NCBI GenBank assembly: GCA_965206595.1
Contig: OZ242214.1
Location: forward strand, 4,000,001 to 4,064,000
Length of the DNA: 64,000 bases
Direction of reading: 5' to 3'
Origin: Candidatus Latescibacterota bacterium
GTDB taxonomy: Bacteria; Latescibacterota; UBA2968; UBA8231
Below are positions 40,957-51,077 of this stretch, one piece after another. The position numbers and the translations under genes are program-made. Below the pieces are notes generated by a model. That model was given only the letters and a program-made list of their open reading frames with translations, did no database searches and was not told the origin of the DNA. Position 1 is the first letter of the stretch, and each line of letters starts with the position of its first letter.

Positions 40957-42275
40957 CTGGCGTCGAGGTACTCGCTGAACCAAAGACCGCCCAACGGCAA
41001 TCCTTCCTCGACCATGTTGTTCACAGTCGGATCGTCGCTGGCTCGTCGAATCTTTGAAAGACCATCCTCACCCTTCTCCAGAATCCAGACTTCCTCCGGG
41101 GAAAGCGCATCGACGAAATACGGCTGGTGTGTCGTAACAAAGACCTGCGAGCCCTTGCTTCCGGTCGCATGTTCCCGGAATTCGTTGGCCAGGGTCTCCA
41201 GGAGTTTATGATAAAGGCCGTTTTCCGGTTCCTCGATGCAGAGGAACGGCGCCGGATCCGGATCCTGGAGCAGCAGCAGGTAGGCGAAAACCTTCAGCGT
41301 CCCGTCGGATACTTGCTGGGCATAGAAGGGATCCTGAAAGCTCCTGTCGTTGAATTGCAGGAGCAGCCGGCCGTCATTGGTTCTTTCCGTGTCGATCCGA
41401 TCTATGCCCGGTATCCTTCCGGCTATCTCCTTCAAGACAGCCTTGAAACGTTGCGGATGTTCGCGCTCCAGGAATTGCACGACGTTGCCGAGATTGTCCC
41501 CTTGACTATTCAGATGTCTCTGAGGACCGGCCAGCGGCAAACTGCGAGCCGCGGCCGGGGTGAAGTAACTCAGGTACCATCCTTCGATAAAGCGGCGGAA
41601 TGCGGAGATTCGCGGATGTTGCTTCAAGGCGCCAACCGTAGCAATGCCAAGCCTGTGGCGGTCTTCCAACTCGATCTGTTCGGTCTCGTTGGGCTCCTCC
41701 TTCCTGCTCAGTCTTATCAGCTCTTCCACCTTCAATCGCTTCTTCTCGATATCGTCTTCCGCGATTGCTTCGTCCACCAAGCCCTTCATGTGGATGTCCC
41801 TCGCTTCATACCCTTCATCTCCCTTCCATGCCACACCCCGGCCGTCACTCAGCCACAAGAACGAGAACGGTCGCCCATAGCTCTGGTTTCTCCTTCTCTG
41901 TCTGAGACGCTCTCGCGATACATAAGGACGACCCGACTCGTCTGACTCTATGGCGATCTCATAGGTAATCGGACGGGCTCTTCCTTGTTCCCGGTAGTAC
42001 ACCTCGAACTCGACAGGCCCCGTCTCCCCCTGGGTCCGCAGCTTCTCGAAGCCGCCGCGACCCCGGGCGTCGCAAGCCTCTTCGACACCGAGTCTCAAGG
42101 CGTCGGCCAGGAATCCGAATGCATCGAAGAGAACACTCTTCCCTACTCCGTTCCTGCCGATCACCGCTGTCATGGGAGTGAGAGGTCGGTTCTCCTGTTC
42201 GTTCCACAGGCGCCCCAATGTCACATCCCTGAGCAGCTTGAAGTTCCTTACTCGAAACCCCTCTATCTTGGTCAT
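40953..42275 (-). CDS. AAA_21/AAA_15 ABC-type ATPase
   Basis: GRNGVGKS, SDGTLK, IEEPENGLY, TTHQP. Confidence 0.92.
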   Translation of the reverse strand: MTKIEGFRVRNFKLLRDVTLGRLWNEQENRPLTPMTAVIGRNGVGKSVLFDAFGFLADALRLGVEEACDARGRGGFEKLRTQGETGPVEFEVYYREQGRARPITYEIAIESDESGRPYVSRERLRQRRRNQSYGRPFSFLWLSDGRGVAWKGDEGYEARDIHMKGLVDEAIAEDDIEKKRLKVEELIRLSRKEEPNETEQIELEDRHRLGIATVGALKQHPRISAFRRFIEGWYLSYFTPAAARSLPLAGPQRHLNSQGDNLGNVVQFLEREHPQRFKAVLKEIAGRIPGIDRIDTERTNDGRLLLQFNDRSFQDPFYAQQVSDGTLKVFAYLLLLQDPDPAPFLCIEEPENGLYHKLLETLANEFREHATGSKGSQVFVTTHQPYFVDALSPEEVWILEKGEDGLSKIRRASDDPTVNNMVEEGLPLGGLWFSEYLDAR

Positions 42276-42279
42276 TTCT

Positions 42280-42687
42280 TCAGTCCTCCCGGCAGGTTGC
42301 CCGCTTCTCCGCCCACTGGATTACAGCCTCGGCGATCTCTATCGCATCCCGGTACGCCTCTTCGGACACAGGCTGGTCAACGCCTGGATAGCGCGTGTCC
42401 ACGGCATAGGGGGTGAGTCCCACAGCGCGACGAATCCTGTCCGGGACATCCTCACCATTCTCTTCAAGCATCGAGAGCAGAAGGGCCAGGTTGTGCACGT
42501 AAGGGAAATCGATGTTGCGCAAGATCATCACGGCCTTGACGGCCTTCTCGGCGGCTTGCTGCGCCTGAAAGCACAGGTCCTCCAAGTAGGCACCGGGGAC
42601 GCGGTTCCCCGCCATCGCGAGATTGCTTCTGGCGCGGTTCAGCCACTCGCGAGGATCATCCGGAGGAAACCGCTCAGGTGGACTCAT
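42280..42687 (-). CDS. HEPN domain protein
   Basis: WL.RA..NL..A, CFQAQQAAEKAVKA, HNL..L, Y...TRYP. Confidence 0.9.
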   Translation of the reverse strand: MSPPERFPPDDPREWLNRARSNLAMAGNRVPGAYLEDLCFQAQQAAEKAVKAVMILRNIDFPYVHNLALLLSMLEENGEDVPDRIRRAVGLTPYAVDTRYPGVDQPVSEEAYRDAIEIAEAVIQWAEKRATCRED

Positions 42688-42985
42688 AGACCACCCTTCC
42701 TTCCTGCAGCGCCGGCTTGATGACCAACGCATGGCTGTCCTTGTAGCGCTCTACGTCCGACGGCGAGACCAGGATCGCATCGACCGCGACCCGAACGCCG
42801 TACAACTTCTCGTAGATCCGGGTCCTGAGATTCGCGTCTCCTCCCTCTTTGATAATGAGAAGATCCACGTCGCTGTTCGGTGTCATGGCGCCCCGGGCAG
42901 CGGACCCGAAGAGGACGATGCGCTCCGGCTGTGCCACCTCCACGACGCGCCGGATGATGTCATCCAGGGTGTCTTGGTCAATCAC
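42674..42985 (-). CDS. Minimal nucleotidyltransferase (MNT) antitoxin
   Basis: LFGSAARG....SDVDLL; overlaps the HEPN gene. Confidence 0.92.
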   Translation of the reverse strand: MIDQDTLDDIIRRVVEVAQPERIVLFGSAARGAMTPNSDVDLLIIKEGGDANLRTRIYEKLYGVRVAVDAILVSPSDVERYKDSHALVIKPALQEGRVVYEST

Positions 42986-42997
42986 TTGGTGCTCGCC

Positions 42998-43570
42998 TCA
43001 TGTGACGCCGGCAGCGGTCCCCAGACGCCCGGCAAGGGCATCGAAATCCTCGGGACACTTCTGCCGAATCGCATCGATCCGGCGCGATGCCTCTTCTCCC
43101 AGAGGCTTGCGGCCACCGCCGGGCGCGTCTGACAAGCCGCGTTCGACGACAAACCGGTCGAAGTACTCCTCCTTGACTTGGATCTCCGCGCGCACCTCCG
43201 CCCAAGTCCAATCATCCGGCAACCTCAGGCCCGCAAGGACCCAGGTCTCGATTTCCTCCCAGGCATTCTCGGCCAGGAAGGCCCGATCGCTGCCGAATTG
43301 CACCTCGAGACGGTCGAGGCTCTGGCGACGATTCGTGTCGCCGTCACGATCAATGATCAGGATGAAGATATCCGTCATTTCCCCATGCTTTCTGACCACC
43401 TCTGCCATGCGTTCCGACTTCAGCGCTTCCCGGAAGCCACCGAGTAGGGGATCACGGCAAACCTCAACCTGCACATGCCGCCTACCAATAGATCGAAAGA
43501 GCCTTGAGAAAAGAGGTTTCAGAATGTACTGATCCTTGCGGAAATCCTCGGGGATGATGAGGACGTTCAC
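42998..43570 (-). CDS. TOPRIM-like partner of ABC ATPase
   Basis: LIIPED..D, IIDRDGD, EEIETWVL, CPE; GTGA overlap with the ATPase stop. Confidence 0.72.
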   Translation of the reverse strand: MNVLIIPEDFRKDQYILKPLFSRLFRSIGRRHVQVEVCRDPLLGGFREALKSERMAEVVRKHGEMTDIFILIIDRDGDTNRRQSLDRLEVQFGSDRAFLAENAWEEIETWVLAGLRLPDDWTWAEVRAEIQVKEEYFDRFVVERGLSDAPGGGRKPLGEEASRRIDAIRQKCPEDFDALAGRLGTAAGVT

Positions 43571-44874
43571 TCGCCGTCTCCCTCCGCTTCCTCGTAGTTT
43601 TCGGTGAAGGCCAGGGCGGTCTCCATCCAGCCTTCCATAAGCAGCCCTCCCAACCCGCTCCCGGACTTCCGCAGTTGTCTTGCGTTGGGCAGTTCGGCAA
43701 CCAGGCGAATGATGGCATCGTCCGAGTCTTCCAACCGGCAAACGATGGACATGTCCTCGAAGGTGGTGTCGTTGACAAGAGTCAGCAGATCCGGCGCATG
43801 GGTGGTGGTGATCATCTGAACTCCTCCCTTTGCGGCCTGCTTTTCGATCAGTTCCAGCAAGAGCGACTGGCGCGCCGGGTGAATTCCGGTGTCGATCTCC
43901 TCGAAGAAGTACAATCCATTGGACCTCTTGCCGAGCAGCAGGGCCAGCAGGGCGAGGAACCGGAGGGTGCCGTCCGAGGCGCTATAGGCGGATACCGTTC
44001 TCTCGTTGCCCTCCAGGATTTGGAGATGGACTCGACCGCTGGGGTCATGTGGAAATCTTAGATCCCTTACATCCATGGGGGTGAGTTCTCGCAGCCACGC
44101 CGTCAGGACATCCTTACGTTCGGCATCCGAGCAGAGGGCTTTGAGCACCACGGCCAGGTTCTCGCCTGAGTCTCCCAGGACAGTGTGACCAGGAAGGGCC
44201 GGCTCCCGCATGCGCTCCGGGGACAACTCCAGAAAGCGCATGCCGGCGAAGATGGCCATCGTCTGTAGAATGTGTGGATCCAGAAACTCCTTGCTGGGCT
44301 GGGATATCGATATGGGTTCACCCATTGTCTCCACCATAGAGTCGAGTTCCTTTTGGAAGGTAGGATCTCTCTCTCTGATCGATAGGAAGATTCTGTAAAG
44401 CAGGGGATAGCCATCCGCCGGCGTTGGTACGGAAGCAGCTCGATCGGGATTGCTGTTAACGGTGAAAGACCGGTGCTCCTTCGCATATCCCGGCTTGATT
44501 CTTCCGGTAAGTTTCTCTCGTGCAATCCGGAACTCATTGTTCTCTCTTTCGTATCCAACTTCGATCAAATAGCATACGTCTGCGGCCTTCAATTGGATGC
44601 CCACCTCAATTGAGAACCCGGATTGTCCGAACCTGACAATCTCATTCGCTGCTCCCCGGATCGGCTCCCACGCCCGCTGACCGCCGGGGCCGTACTTGCC
44701 GCCGATGATCTCCGCCAGCGTATAGCCCCGGCCGATGCCGTGCAGGAAGCGGAAAGCATCGCGGATATTGCTTTTGCCGCTGGCATTCGCGCCGACGATT
44801 ACGGTGAACGGGCCGACGCGCAGGGTCTCGTCGGCGAAGTTCTTGAAATTCACGAAGCGAATGGATGTAATCAT
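43567..44874 (-). CDS. AAA_21 ABC-type ATPase
   Basis: GANASGKSN, SDGTLR, FEEIDTGIHP, TTHAP. Confidence 0.92.
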   Translation of the reverse strand: MITSIRFVNFKNFADETLRVGPFTVIVGANASGKSNIRDAFRFLHGIGRGYTLAEIIGGKYGPGGQRAWEPIRGAANEIVRFGQSGFSIEVGIQLKAADVCYLIEVGYERENNEFRIAREKLTGRIKPGYAKEHRSFTVNSNPDRAASVPTPADGYPLLYRIFLSIRERDPTFQKELDSMVETMGEPISISQPSKEFLDPHILQTMAIFAGMRFLELSPERMREPALPGHTVLGDSGENLAVVLKALCSDAERKDVLTAWLRELTPMDVRDLRFPHDPSGRVHLQILEGNERTVSAYSASDGTLRFLALLALLLGKRSNGLYFFEEIDTGIHPARQSLLLELIEKQAAKGGVQMITTTHAPDLLTLVNDTTFEDMSIVCRLEDSDDAIIRLVAELPNARQLRKSGSGLGGLLMEGWMETALAFTENYEEAEGDGE

Positions 44875-47800
44875 CGAACTTCCTCCGGTCTGTGCTCGGC
44901 TCCTCCGAACTGAAGCTGCCTCTGCCGCGGCGCCTGGACGCCGCCGCGGCCGGCCGCGTGGTTGCTCACCGACTCCAGAAGTGAGCGCTCCTCCGAGCCT
45001 TCGTCGGCCAACTCGATCAGGGCCTGGAGGATCTGGTTGAACAAGCGATTACGGGGCAGGCCGCGGGTATCGAGGTAGTCATTCACCTTGACCTGGTCCC
45101 CGGCGCGCCAGAGGTGCATGAGCTTGTGCACCTGGTCGATGAGGGGGGCCGGCCGTCCCCCTTGGCCCTCCAGGCCGAGGTTGCGGCCCTTTCTCCGCTG
45201 CCAGGGCTTCAGCTTCACCTTGGCGCCGCCGCCCGTCTCCTCTGCCTCTTCGGGCGCGTCCTCCTCCTCCTCGACTTCGTCCACGGCTCCCCTCCTGCCC
45301 GGCTGGGTCAGAAGGTCGTGCTGGTTGACCAGGGCGGAGTCGGAGAGGTTGCAGGACAGAGCGTAGAGGATGCAGCCTCCCACGGGAGCTTCCCCCAGAC
45401 CGAAGTCATTTCGGTGGAGCAGGTAGTAGGTGGTGACGTCGTCAAGGCCGGTCTCGGACTCCTGCCCATCTGCCTGCGGTGCCGCGTCATCCTGGATGAG
45501 CACGCGACCGACCACGAAATCGACAACCATGCGCCGCACTTGGCGCAGGAATTCCGACACGGACATCTGCTGGCCCGGGGCGTTCGCCTTCTTGACCACG
45601 GGATACTTGCTGAAGGCTTCGAGGGCCGGGCCGGTGGCGGCCCACACGAAGTCGGGGCCGCGGATGCCGGCGTCCCAGAAATCTCGCAGTTGTTGGGTGA
45701 TGTTCTCGCGCATTTCGTCGAGGACTTTGTTGTCCCAGCCGGGGCGCGTGGCGGACCGCTTCTTGCAGACGATCCATATAGACGACGCCAATGAAGCGCG
45801 GCCATAGTTTCGAACTCCACCTCGCATTTCCGTAGCAATGGGCCAACTTCCGTCTACGACAAATCCTGCTCGAATAATGGCTGAGACTAATGTTTCCCAA
45901 GCATCAGGCTGTTTATTCGCAAAGACGACGATGAGTCGCCCACTGGGCTGTAACGCCTTATGACAGGCTTGGAACGCACGGGCCATGCCGTCTTCGTAGT
46001 TCTGTTTGGACAGCTCTTTGTTGCCACCAAATCTGCTGGCATCGTCAATCAATTCGCCGTCGTGATCGTCTGTGCTCCACTTCGGCCCTAGAGATTTCCG
46101 AAATAATCTGTCGAACTCATCCGAAATACCGAATAATGTCCGTCGCAACCAAATGTAGAAAAAGTCCATTAAATCAGAGTAAGGAATTGCGTCATAGTAT
46201 GGAGGATCGGTGACAACTACATCGTGCTGCTCAGCGGGTATCATCGCACTTTGGCACAGTACCGTTGGCGAAGGGTTGTTTTGGATGGTAGCAGATCCCA
46301 TGGAGTCCAGAACCCTCACAACACTTGAAATCCCGCCAGCGAATAGTCGATCTACAGGGGCAAGGGGATTTCCCTCCGCGAAATCCCAAGTGATTGGCAG
46401 CGCAAACCTCAAGAAGGTTTGTTTGACCTCGGATGCAACAGGCTCCCATATGCAAAGAGAACTCATATAGTTAATCGCACGATCTAATGATGCGGCAAGC
46501 ATTACTACGGCTACTGCAAAAAAATTATCTCCAACTCCATCATCTTGGAGGGATTCGCTTGTCCAAATTTCCCTTGTCGATTTGATGAGGGTACCAATCG
46601 CGAATAGCTGCCGATTCGTGAACAGCTTCCGCCAAGTGTCGAACCCATACAAGGGAACACGAAACCCCAGAGCTTCTTTGCTTGGCAGGGGCTCCTCCGG
46701 CAACCCGAACGGAATATCCTGATAGAGCTTTTGAAGCCGGTCCTCGGTCACCTCCGCCGAGGCCCGCTCGTGGTCCGTGGGCAGGCGGTACTCCTTCCCC
46801 TTCAGCCCATCCACCACCACGGCCGTCATCACCGCATCCAACCGTCCGGCGCGACCTTCCAGACGGATGTCCTCCATGGTCGCGATGGCGCCGCAGCAGG
46901 GGCAGGCAGCGCCGGTGCGCGACATGGTGCCCGCGCCGAGACGCCGGTCGTGTTCGCGCCGCTGGGCCCCGTTGCCGCCGTTCTGCGGCACCTCGCTCTG
47001 CACACCGAAGACGACGCCGGATTGGTCGGCCTTGGGCTCCATGGTCAACAGCACTCGCTTCCGGTCCTTCCTGCACAGCCAGCGGGTCTTCAGCAGGGGC
47101 AGCTCGGCCCGGCACTGCTTGCAGGCCACGGTGCGCGCCCAGAGATAAGCCACCGCCGACTTGGCGACCCAGCGCGGGTTGTGCTGGTTCTTCAGATAGT
47201 CCTCGTCGAATTCGGCGTTGAGGGGATCGACCTGGGGCGCGCCCGCGTCGTCGACCTCCAGCAGCCGCATGCGCCGGGGCTCGAAGTCCCCGCCCGGCTT
47301 CAGCGCCTCGAACTCGGCATAGGTCGGGTAGCAGGAGGCCAGCTCCTTGCGCGCCCTCGCTAGCACCCACCGGCCCCAGGCGCGCACATGCCAGGCGAGG
47401 TCCGCACTGTCAATCCGGTCACCACCGGGAAGAGCGTCGAGCTGAACGCCGCTGCCGTCGCCGTGTCCCAGGCGGTCAAGAAAACTCCGCAGCCGGGCGC
47501 CCTTGAAACCCTTGGCCTTCAGGAAGGCCTCCATGAACTCCCGGTCCTCCAACGCGAACCCGGGCAGCGGCCGGGTCTGGCCGGCGAGCTTCTGCGGGTA
47601 CTCGAGGGTGCACTTGAGGATGAACCAGGCCACCGGGTTGATGTCCATGGCCGTCACCTCGCACCCGAGACGCATGGCTTCGAGCGGAATCGCGCCGCCG
47701 CCCGCGAAGGGGTCGAGGACCTTTGGCGCCCTGCCGCCGTAGGCCTTGCGGATCTCAGCGCGGAACCACTCCAGGTCCGGGCCTTTCTCCCGGCCCCAGT

Positions 47801-48116
47801 GGAGGATGCCGCCGTCTGTCTCCTCCCTCACACGCTCGACCACGCGGCCGTTCACGCGCTTGCGCTCGGTCCTCTCGATGACCCGCCCTGCCATCCGTTC
47901 AAGGACCGCCTTGCGCTCCTCGGGATTGCCCGGGTCGGGCAGAAGGGTCGCGATCAGGGCCGCCCGGCAGGCGGCCAGCGGCCTGCGCGCGGGCCAGATG
48001 TGGAGGGTGGAGATGTGGCCGTGACGCACGTTCTTCTCGTGCACGGAGTCGAGAGAGACCTGCTTCAGCGGGAAGGCGACTTCGATGAGGCGTTTATCAA
48101 CCACTTGTTCACTCAT
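44871..48116 (-). CDS. DUF1156-containing amino-DNA methyltransferase
   Basis: LIEVAFP...HISTLHIWPARRPL, DPFAGGGAIPLEA, CxxC zinc motifs, TDPPYYD.I.YSDL.DFFY.W. Confidence 0.92.
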   Translation of the reverse strand: MSEQVVDKRLIEVAFPLKQVSLDSVHEKNVRHGHISTLHIWPARRPLAACRAALIATLLPDPGNPEERKAVLERMAGRVIERTERKRVNGRVVERVREETDGGILHWGREKGPDLEWFRAEIRKAYGGRAPKVLDPFAGGGAIPLEAMRLGCEVTAMDINPVAWFILKCTLEYPQKLAGQTRPLPGFALEDREFMEAFLKAKGFKGARLRSFLDRLGHGDGSGVQLDALPGGDRIDSADLAWHVRAWGRWVLARARKELASCYPTYAEFEALKPGGDFEPRRMRLLEVDDAGAPQVDPLNAEFDEDYLKNQHNPRWVAKSAVAYLWARTVACKQCRAELPLLKTRWLCRKDRKRVLLTMEPKADQSGVVFGVQSEVPQNGGNGAQRREHDRRLGAGTMSRTGAACPCCGAIATMEDIRLEGRAGRLDAVMTAVVVDGLKGKEYRLPTDHERASAEVTEDRLQKLYQDIPFGLPEEPLPSKEALGFRVPLYGFDTWRKLFTNRQLFAIGTLIKSTREIWTSESLQDDGVGDNFFAVAVVMLAASLDRAINYMSSLCIWEPVASEVKQTFLRFALPITWDFAEGNPLAPVDRLFAGGISSVVRVLDSMGSATIQNNPSPTVLCQSAMIPAEQHDVVVTDPPYYDAIPYSDLMDFFYIWLRRTLFGISDEFDRLFRKSLGPKWSTDDHDGELIDDASRFGGNKELSKQNYEDGMARAFQACHKALQPSGRLIVVFANKQPDAWETLVSAIIRAGFVVDGSWPIATEMRGGVRNYGRASLASSIWIVCKKRSATRPGWDNKVLDEMRENITQQLRDFWDAGIRGPDFVWAATGPALEAFSKYPVVKKANAPGQQMSVSEFLRQVRRMVVDFVVGRVLIQDDAAPQADGQESETGLDDVTTYYLLHRNDFGLGEAPVGGCILYALSCNLSDSALVNQHDLLTQPGRRGAVDEVEEEEDAPEEAEETGGGAKVKLKPWQRRKGRNLGLEGQGGRPAPLIDQVHKLMHLWRAGDQVKVNDYLDTRGLPRNRLFNQILQALIELADEGSEERSLLESVSNHAAGRGGVQAPRQRQLQFGGAEHRPEEVR

Positions 48117-48135
48117 GCAGCTGCTCGTCGCCCGT

Positions 48136-49641
48136 TCAGATGTAGAATCGAAAGGTGGGTTGCCGGTTAGTAACGGTCGGATTGCTCACAAGTATCTCTC
48201 CCACTGCATCAGAGAACTTCACAGTAACCGGCTGGGTGTCGCCAGCATTACAGGCGTTGTAATTGAGCTTCGTCAGACCGAGAATATCCCGAGCCACATC
48301 AACAATATCCGCCTCTCCATGCTGAATATCGATCTGGAGAGGCACCGGCGTTTCCCATCCATCGTAGGTTCCGAGACGCGGTTTGAACCCGGACCCGAAC
48401 AAATATCCCCGAGTTCCTGAATGCCTCCACAAGGTGCCGCGAAGCACCGGCCACGGTCTGTCCGGCCGGTACAGTCGCGGACCATCGTGCCAAGGACGCA
48501 CGCGAATGCCGACGACCTTCAGTCCCTTCGGGGCAGCAGACCTGTATCCTTTGAATTCCTCCGCACTGATGTCAGATCTCGAGTGGAGAAAGACTTCGGT
48601 CAAGCTCTTCCCATGTAGCTGAGTATATGTATCAAGTGCGCCCTTCAGTAGATCGTGTGCCGCTTTGGCTGTAAGACGAAACTGCTTCTCTATTGGAGAA
48701 TACCAGGGTCCATAGTTCCCCAAGAATACCACCCCATCCCCATCGTCAAGGAACATTTGGGCGGCACACGCGGCACTCTTCGGCCCGTCCCTGGCATCGG
48801 TCCTACGGAACGCAAGCCCGACATAGCACACGCCTTCTCTGGCAGTAGCCAGCTTCCATGGCTTCCCACCTCCCTTGTAGTACATCGTGGTCGACAAATT
48901 CCACATGCGATCTGACAACGGAGTCAGCTGCCGTGCCCCAAAAGGATTCTCGTCGTTGAGTCTCAAAGCCGATTCACGCACGATTTGAATCGGAACCCCA
49001 TAAACCATCGTCCGTGCTTTGATCTGCCTCCGGAAATCCAGCGACAGTTCGTACTGCTCTGGCGGGAACCTCGAAAAAGCATCGAGCTGACCCCTCCTAC
49101 GCGACTCTCGTCTCCTCTTGGAAATGACCTCCCCGGTCGGCTGTAGCACACGAGACATCGTCCGGCAAGTTTGATGTATTTCGTCAGGCACCACGCAGAC
49201 CATGAGGCTTACATGCTCCTCAATCTTCTGCAAATGCTCAAACGTCGAGAGGTACTGGTTCACGGCGGCAAAAACCCGCTCGTGGGGATCATGGCGATTA
49301 GCCACATCACTCAGTTTGTGGCTATCGAGTGCCTGTTGCCAAACAGGTTCGGTTCGCCAATCACACGAGAAGGCTGCCTCAAAGCCCGGGTACGGTGGCC
49401 ACAAGCGATGGCGGTCATCCGGGGCATCTGTCCATGGGCGGTGCATCGCACTCGACCACGCGGAAAACAGCTCCATACCTGCATGTGTGCCAACCACACC
49501 GTAGGATAGAGCTGCTGGATGACCGGGAGCGTCCGCGTCGTACGGGCCGAACAGAGACAGCCCATCACGCGGATGGGCGACCGCTTGACCGTACCGGAAT
49601 TCCAGTGCTGGCTCGTCCAGAATCACTATCTCCCTCAACAT
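48136..49641 (-). CDS. Short prokaryotic Argonaute (MID-PIWI, catalytically inactive), SPARTA-type
   Basis: EP.LEF...PRDGL.LFGP, FRRQIKA, PIQIVRES, YYK.GGKPWKL, LTKLNYN, PVTVKF...VGEIL, C-terminal FYI. Catalytic Asp positions read VGLAF and LHSRS. 501 aa. Confidence 0.93.
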   Translation of the reverse strand: MLREIVILDEPALEFRYGQAVAHPRDGLSLFGPYDADAPGHPAALSYGVVGTHAGMELFSAWSSAMHRPWTDAPDDRHRLWPPYPGFEAAFSCDWRTEPVWQQALDSHKLSDVANRHDPHERVFAAVNQYLSTFEHLQKIEEHVSLMVCVVPDEIHQTCRTMSRVLQPTGEVISKRRRESRRRGQLDAFSRFPPEQYELSLDFRRQIKARTMVYGVPIQIVRESALRLNDENPFGARQLTPLSDRMWNLSTTMYYKGGGKPWKLATAREGVCYVGLAFRRTDARDGPKSAACAAQMFLDDGDGVVFLGNYGPWYSPIEKQFRLTAKAAHDLLKGALDTYTQLHGKSLTEVFLHSRSDISAEEFKGYRSAAPKGLKVVGIRVRPWHDGPRLYRPDRPWPVLRGTLWRHSGTRGYLFGSGFKPRLGTYDGWETPVPLQIDIQHGEADIVDVARDILGLTKLNYNACNAGDTQPVTVKFSDAVGEILVSNPTVTNRQPTFRFYI

Positions 49642-49651
49642 CGGCACCCTA

Positions 49652-51052
49652 CTAATCTGCCTTGGCATCCTCGACCTCCGCGTCGTCCTCCCAATACCAC
49701 GCGGTGTACGCCTCATCGGGCTCGTCCACCAAATCGTCGTGGATACGAAGGGGAGCTTTCGAAACAATCGGCATGGCGCTGATGACGAGTTGCTGCTCTC
49801 CCTCCGGCCCGAAGCGGATATACAAATCCTCATCCGCCAGTAGCTGCGCTATACCGAGGGTTCTTGCGGCCCACTCTCTGTTGAACCATGTCTTGCATAG
49901 ATGTTTGCGGCGAGAGAGGATTCTCTGCTTCGTGAGCAGTGTGCCACTCGCATCTGTAAGGTAGACGCGATTCCTGAGCAACAGGACGAATGGGTCGATT
50001 GTGTCCGTCAGTACCGAAAACGATGGACTCAAGTGGTATCGGTATACCTCTCCCCCATCCCTGGTAGGATAGGTACGCTCCCCGACTCCGCTGAACCAGC
50101 TCCTCTTTCCATCGGGGAAGGTGAATGACACGCGGTCGTTACCTAAGAATCCCCGTGGGAGATACCACTGGCCCGTTTTCCTCGTGTTCCTCCTGTTCCT
50201 CCTCCCTCCCTCACGTCCGGGCTCCGCGGTGACGGAGTATTCCATTCCCGCATCCCTCAGAAGGGAGTCCAGACATCTATGAATCAGGCTAACCACCAGG
50301 TCACGCGTGTCAATTCCATCCACCTCCGCTGTGTCCTGCCAGGGAACTCTTCCCACACACTGAAATCGAGTACGTGCGCTCACGGCAGAAGGTGGGTCCT
50401 CAAACGCGAGTACACGGCGGCCGAACACATCCCGACAGGCCCACTCTCTCCGCAATGCGCGACGCTCGCCCCTGGAGAGATTGCTCTCAGCCTCGTACTT
50501 GTGAATGTATCGCGGCGTTTGCACAACCTCGAAGCAGTTGCTAATCAACTCCTCGGGTTCCTCGTCGACGGCGCTCGTTCCAACGATTGAGGCTATAGCA
50601 ACGCGGCGGCCGTTATCCAACACTCGTGGCGCACCGACTGACTGGAGTTTCTTGAGCAGGGCAGTGAGCCCCTCAGCCCAACTGGGGCAGAAGGGGATAT
50701 AGTTGATGGGTTGAAGATTCCAAGTGATTTGGTCCGGGCGGAGTCCTTCGGTATTCAGCGGGATTACAAAGTCCTCAATGCCCAACTGGCTTCCAATCGC
50801 GGTGCCCTTCAGCCACTCTCCCTGCGGATTCGGCTTTTTCATCGATGCCTGCGATAGAAGTGCAAGCATACGGAAAGTGCGTTGATTGATCGCTTCATCG
50901 ATGTCCGAAGGCCAGTTCTCCCCACCAAGTAGCTTCAGGCGATCGTACCATACAGCGTACCCTTCGGCGGCAAGTCGTCGGGCAAGCCAGTCGCACAGTG
51001 CCGACTGCTCGGTCGCGTAACTGATGAAGATGTGATCGCGTTCTTGTTTCAT
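49652..51052 (-). CDS. TIR-APAZ effector (SPARTA NADase)
   Basis: TIR motifs IFISYA...WL..RL..EGY.VW.D...L.GGE.W and Glu in PQGEW; APAZ-like C-terminus RR...K.WFNREW; acidic tail; 10 bp upstream of the short pAgo. Confidence 0.9.
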   Translation of the reverse strand: MKQERDHIFISYATEQSALCDWLARRLAAEGYAVWYDRLKLLGGENWPSDIDEAINQRTFRMLALLSQASMKKPNPQGEWLKGTAIGSQLGIEDFVIPLNTEGLRPDQITWNLQPINYIPFCPSWAEGLTALLKKLQSVGAPRVLDNGRRVAIASIVGTSAVDEEPEELISNCFEVVQTPRYIHKYEAESNLSRGERRALRREWACRDVFGRRVLAFEDPPSAVSARTRFQCVGRVPWQDTAEVDGIDTRDLVVSLIHRCLDSLLRDAGMEYSVTAEPGREGGRRNRRNTRKTGQWYLPRGFLGNDRVSFTFPDGKRSWFSGVGERTYPTRDGGEVYRYHLSPSFSVLTDTIDPFVLLLRNRVYLTDASGTLLTKQRILSRRKHLCKTWFNREWAARTLGIAQLLADEDLYIRFGPEGEQQLVISAMPIVSKAPLRIHDDLVDEPDEAYTAWYWEDDAEVEDAKAD

Positions 51053-51077
51053 ATCAGTCCCGCCAGCACCCCCACAG

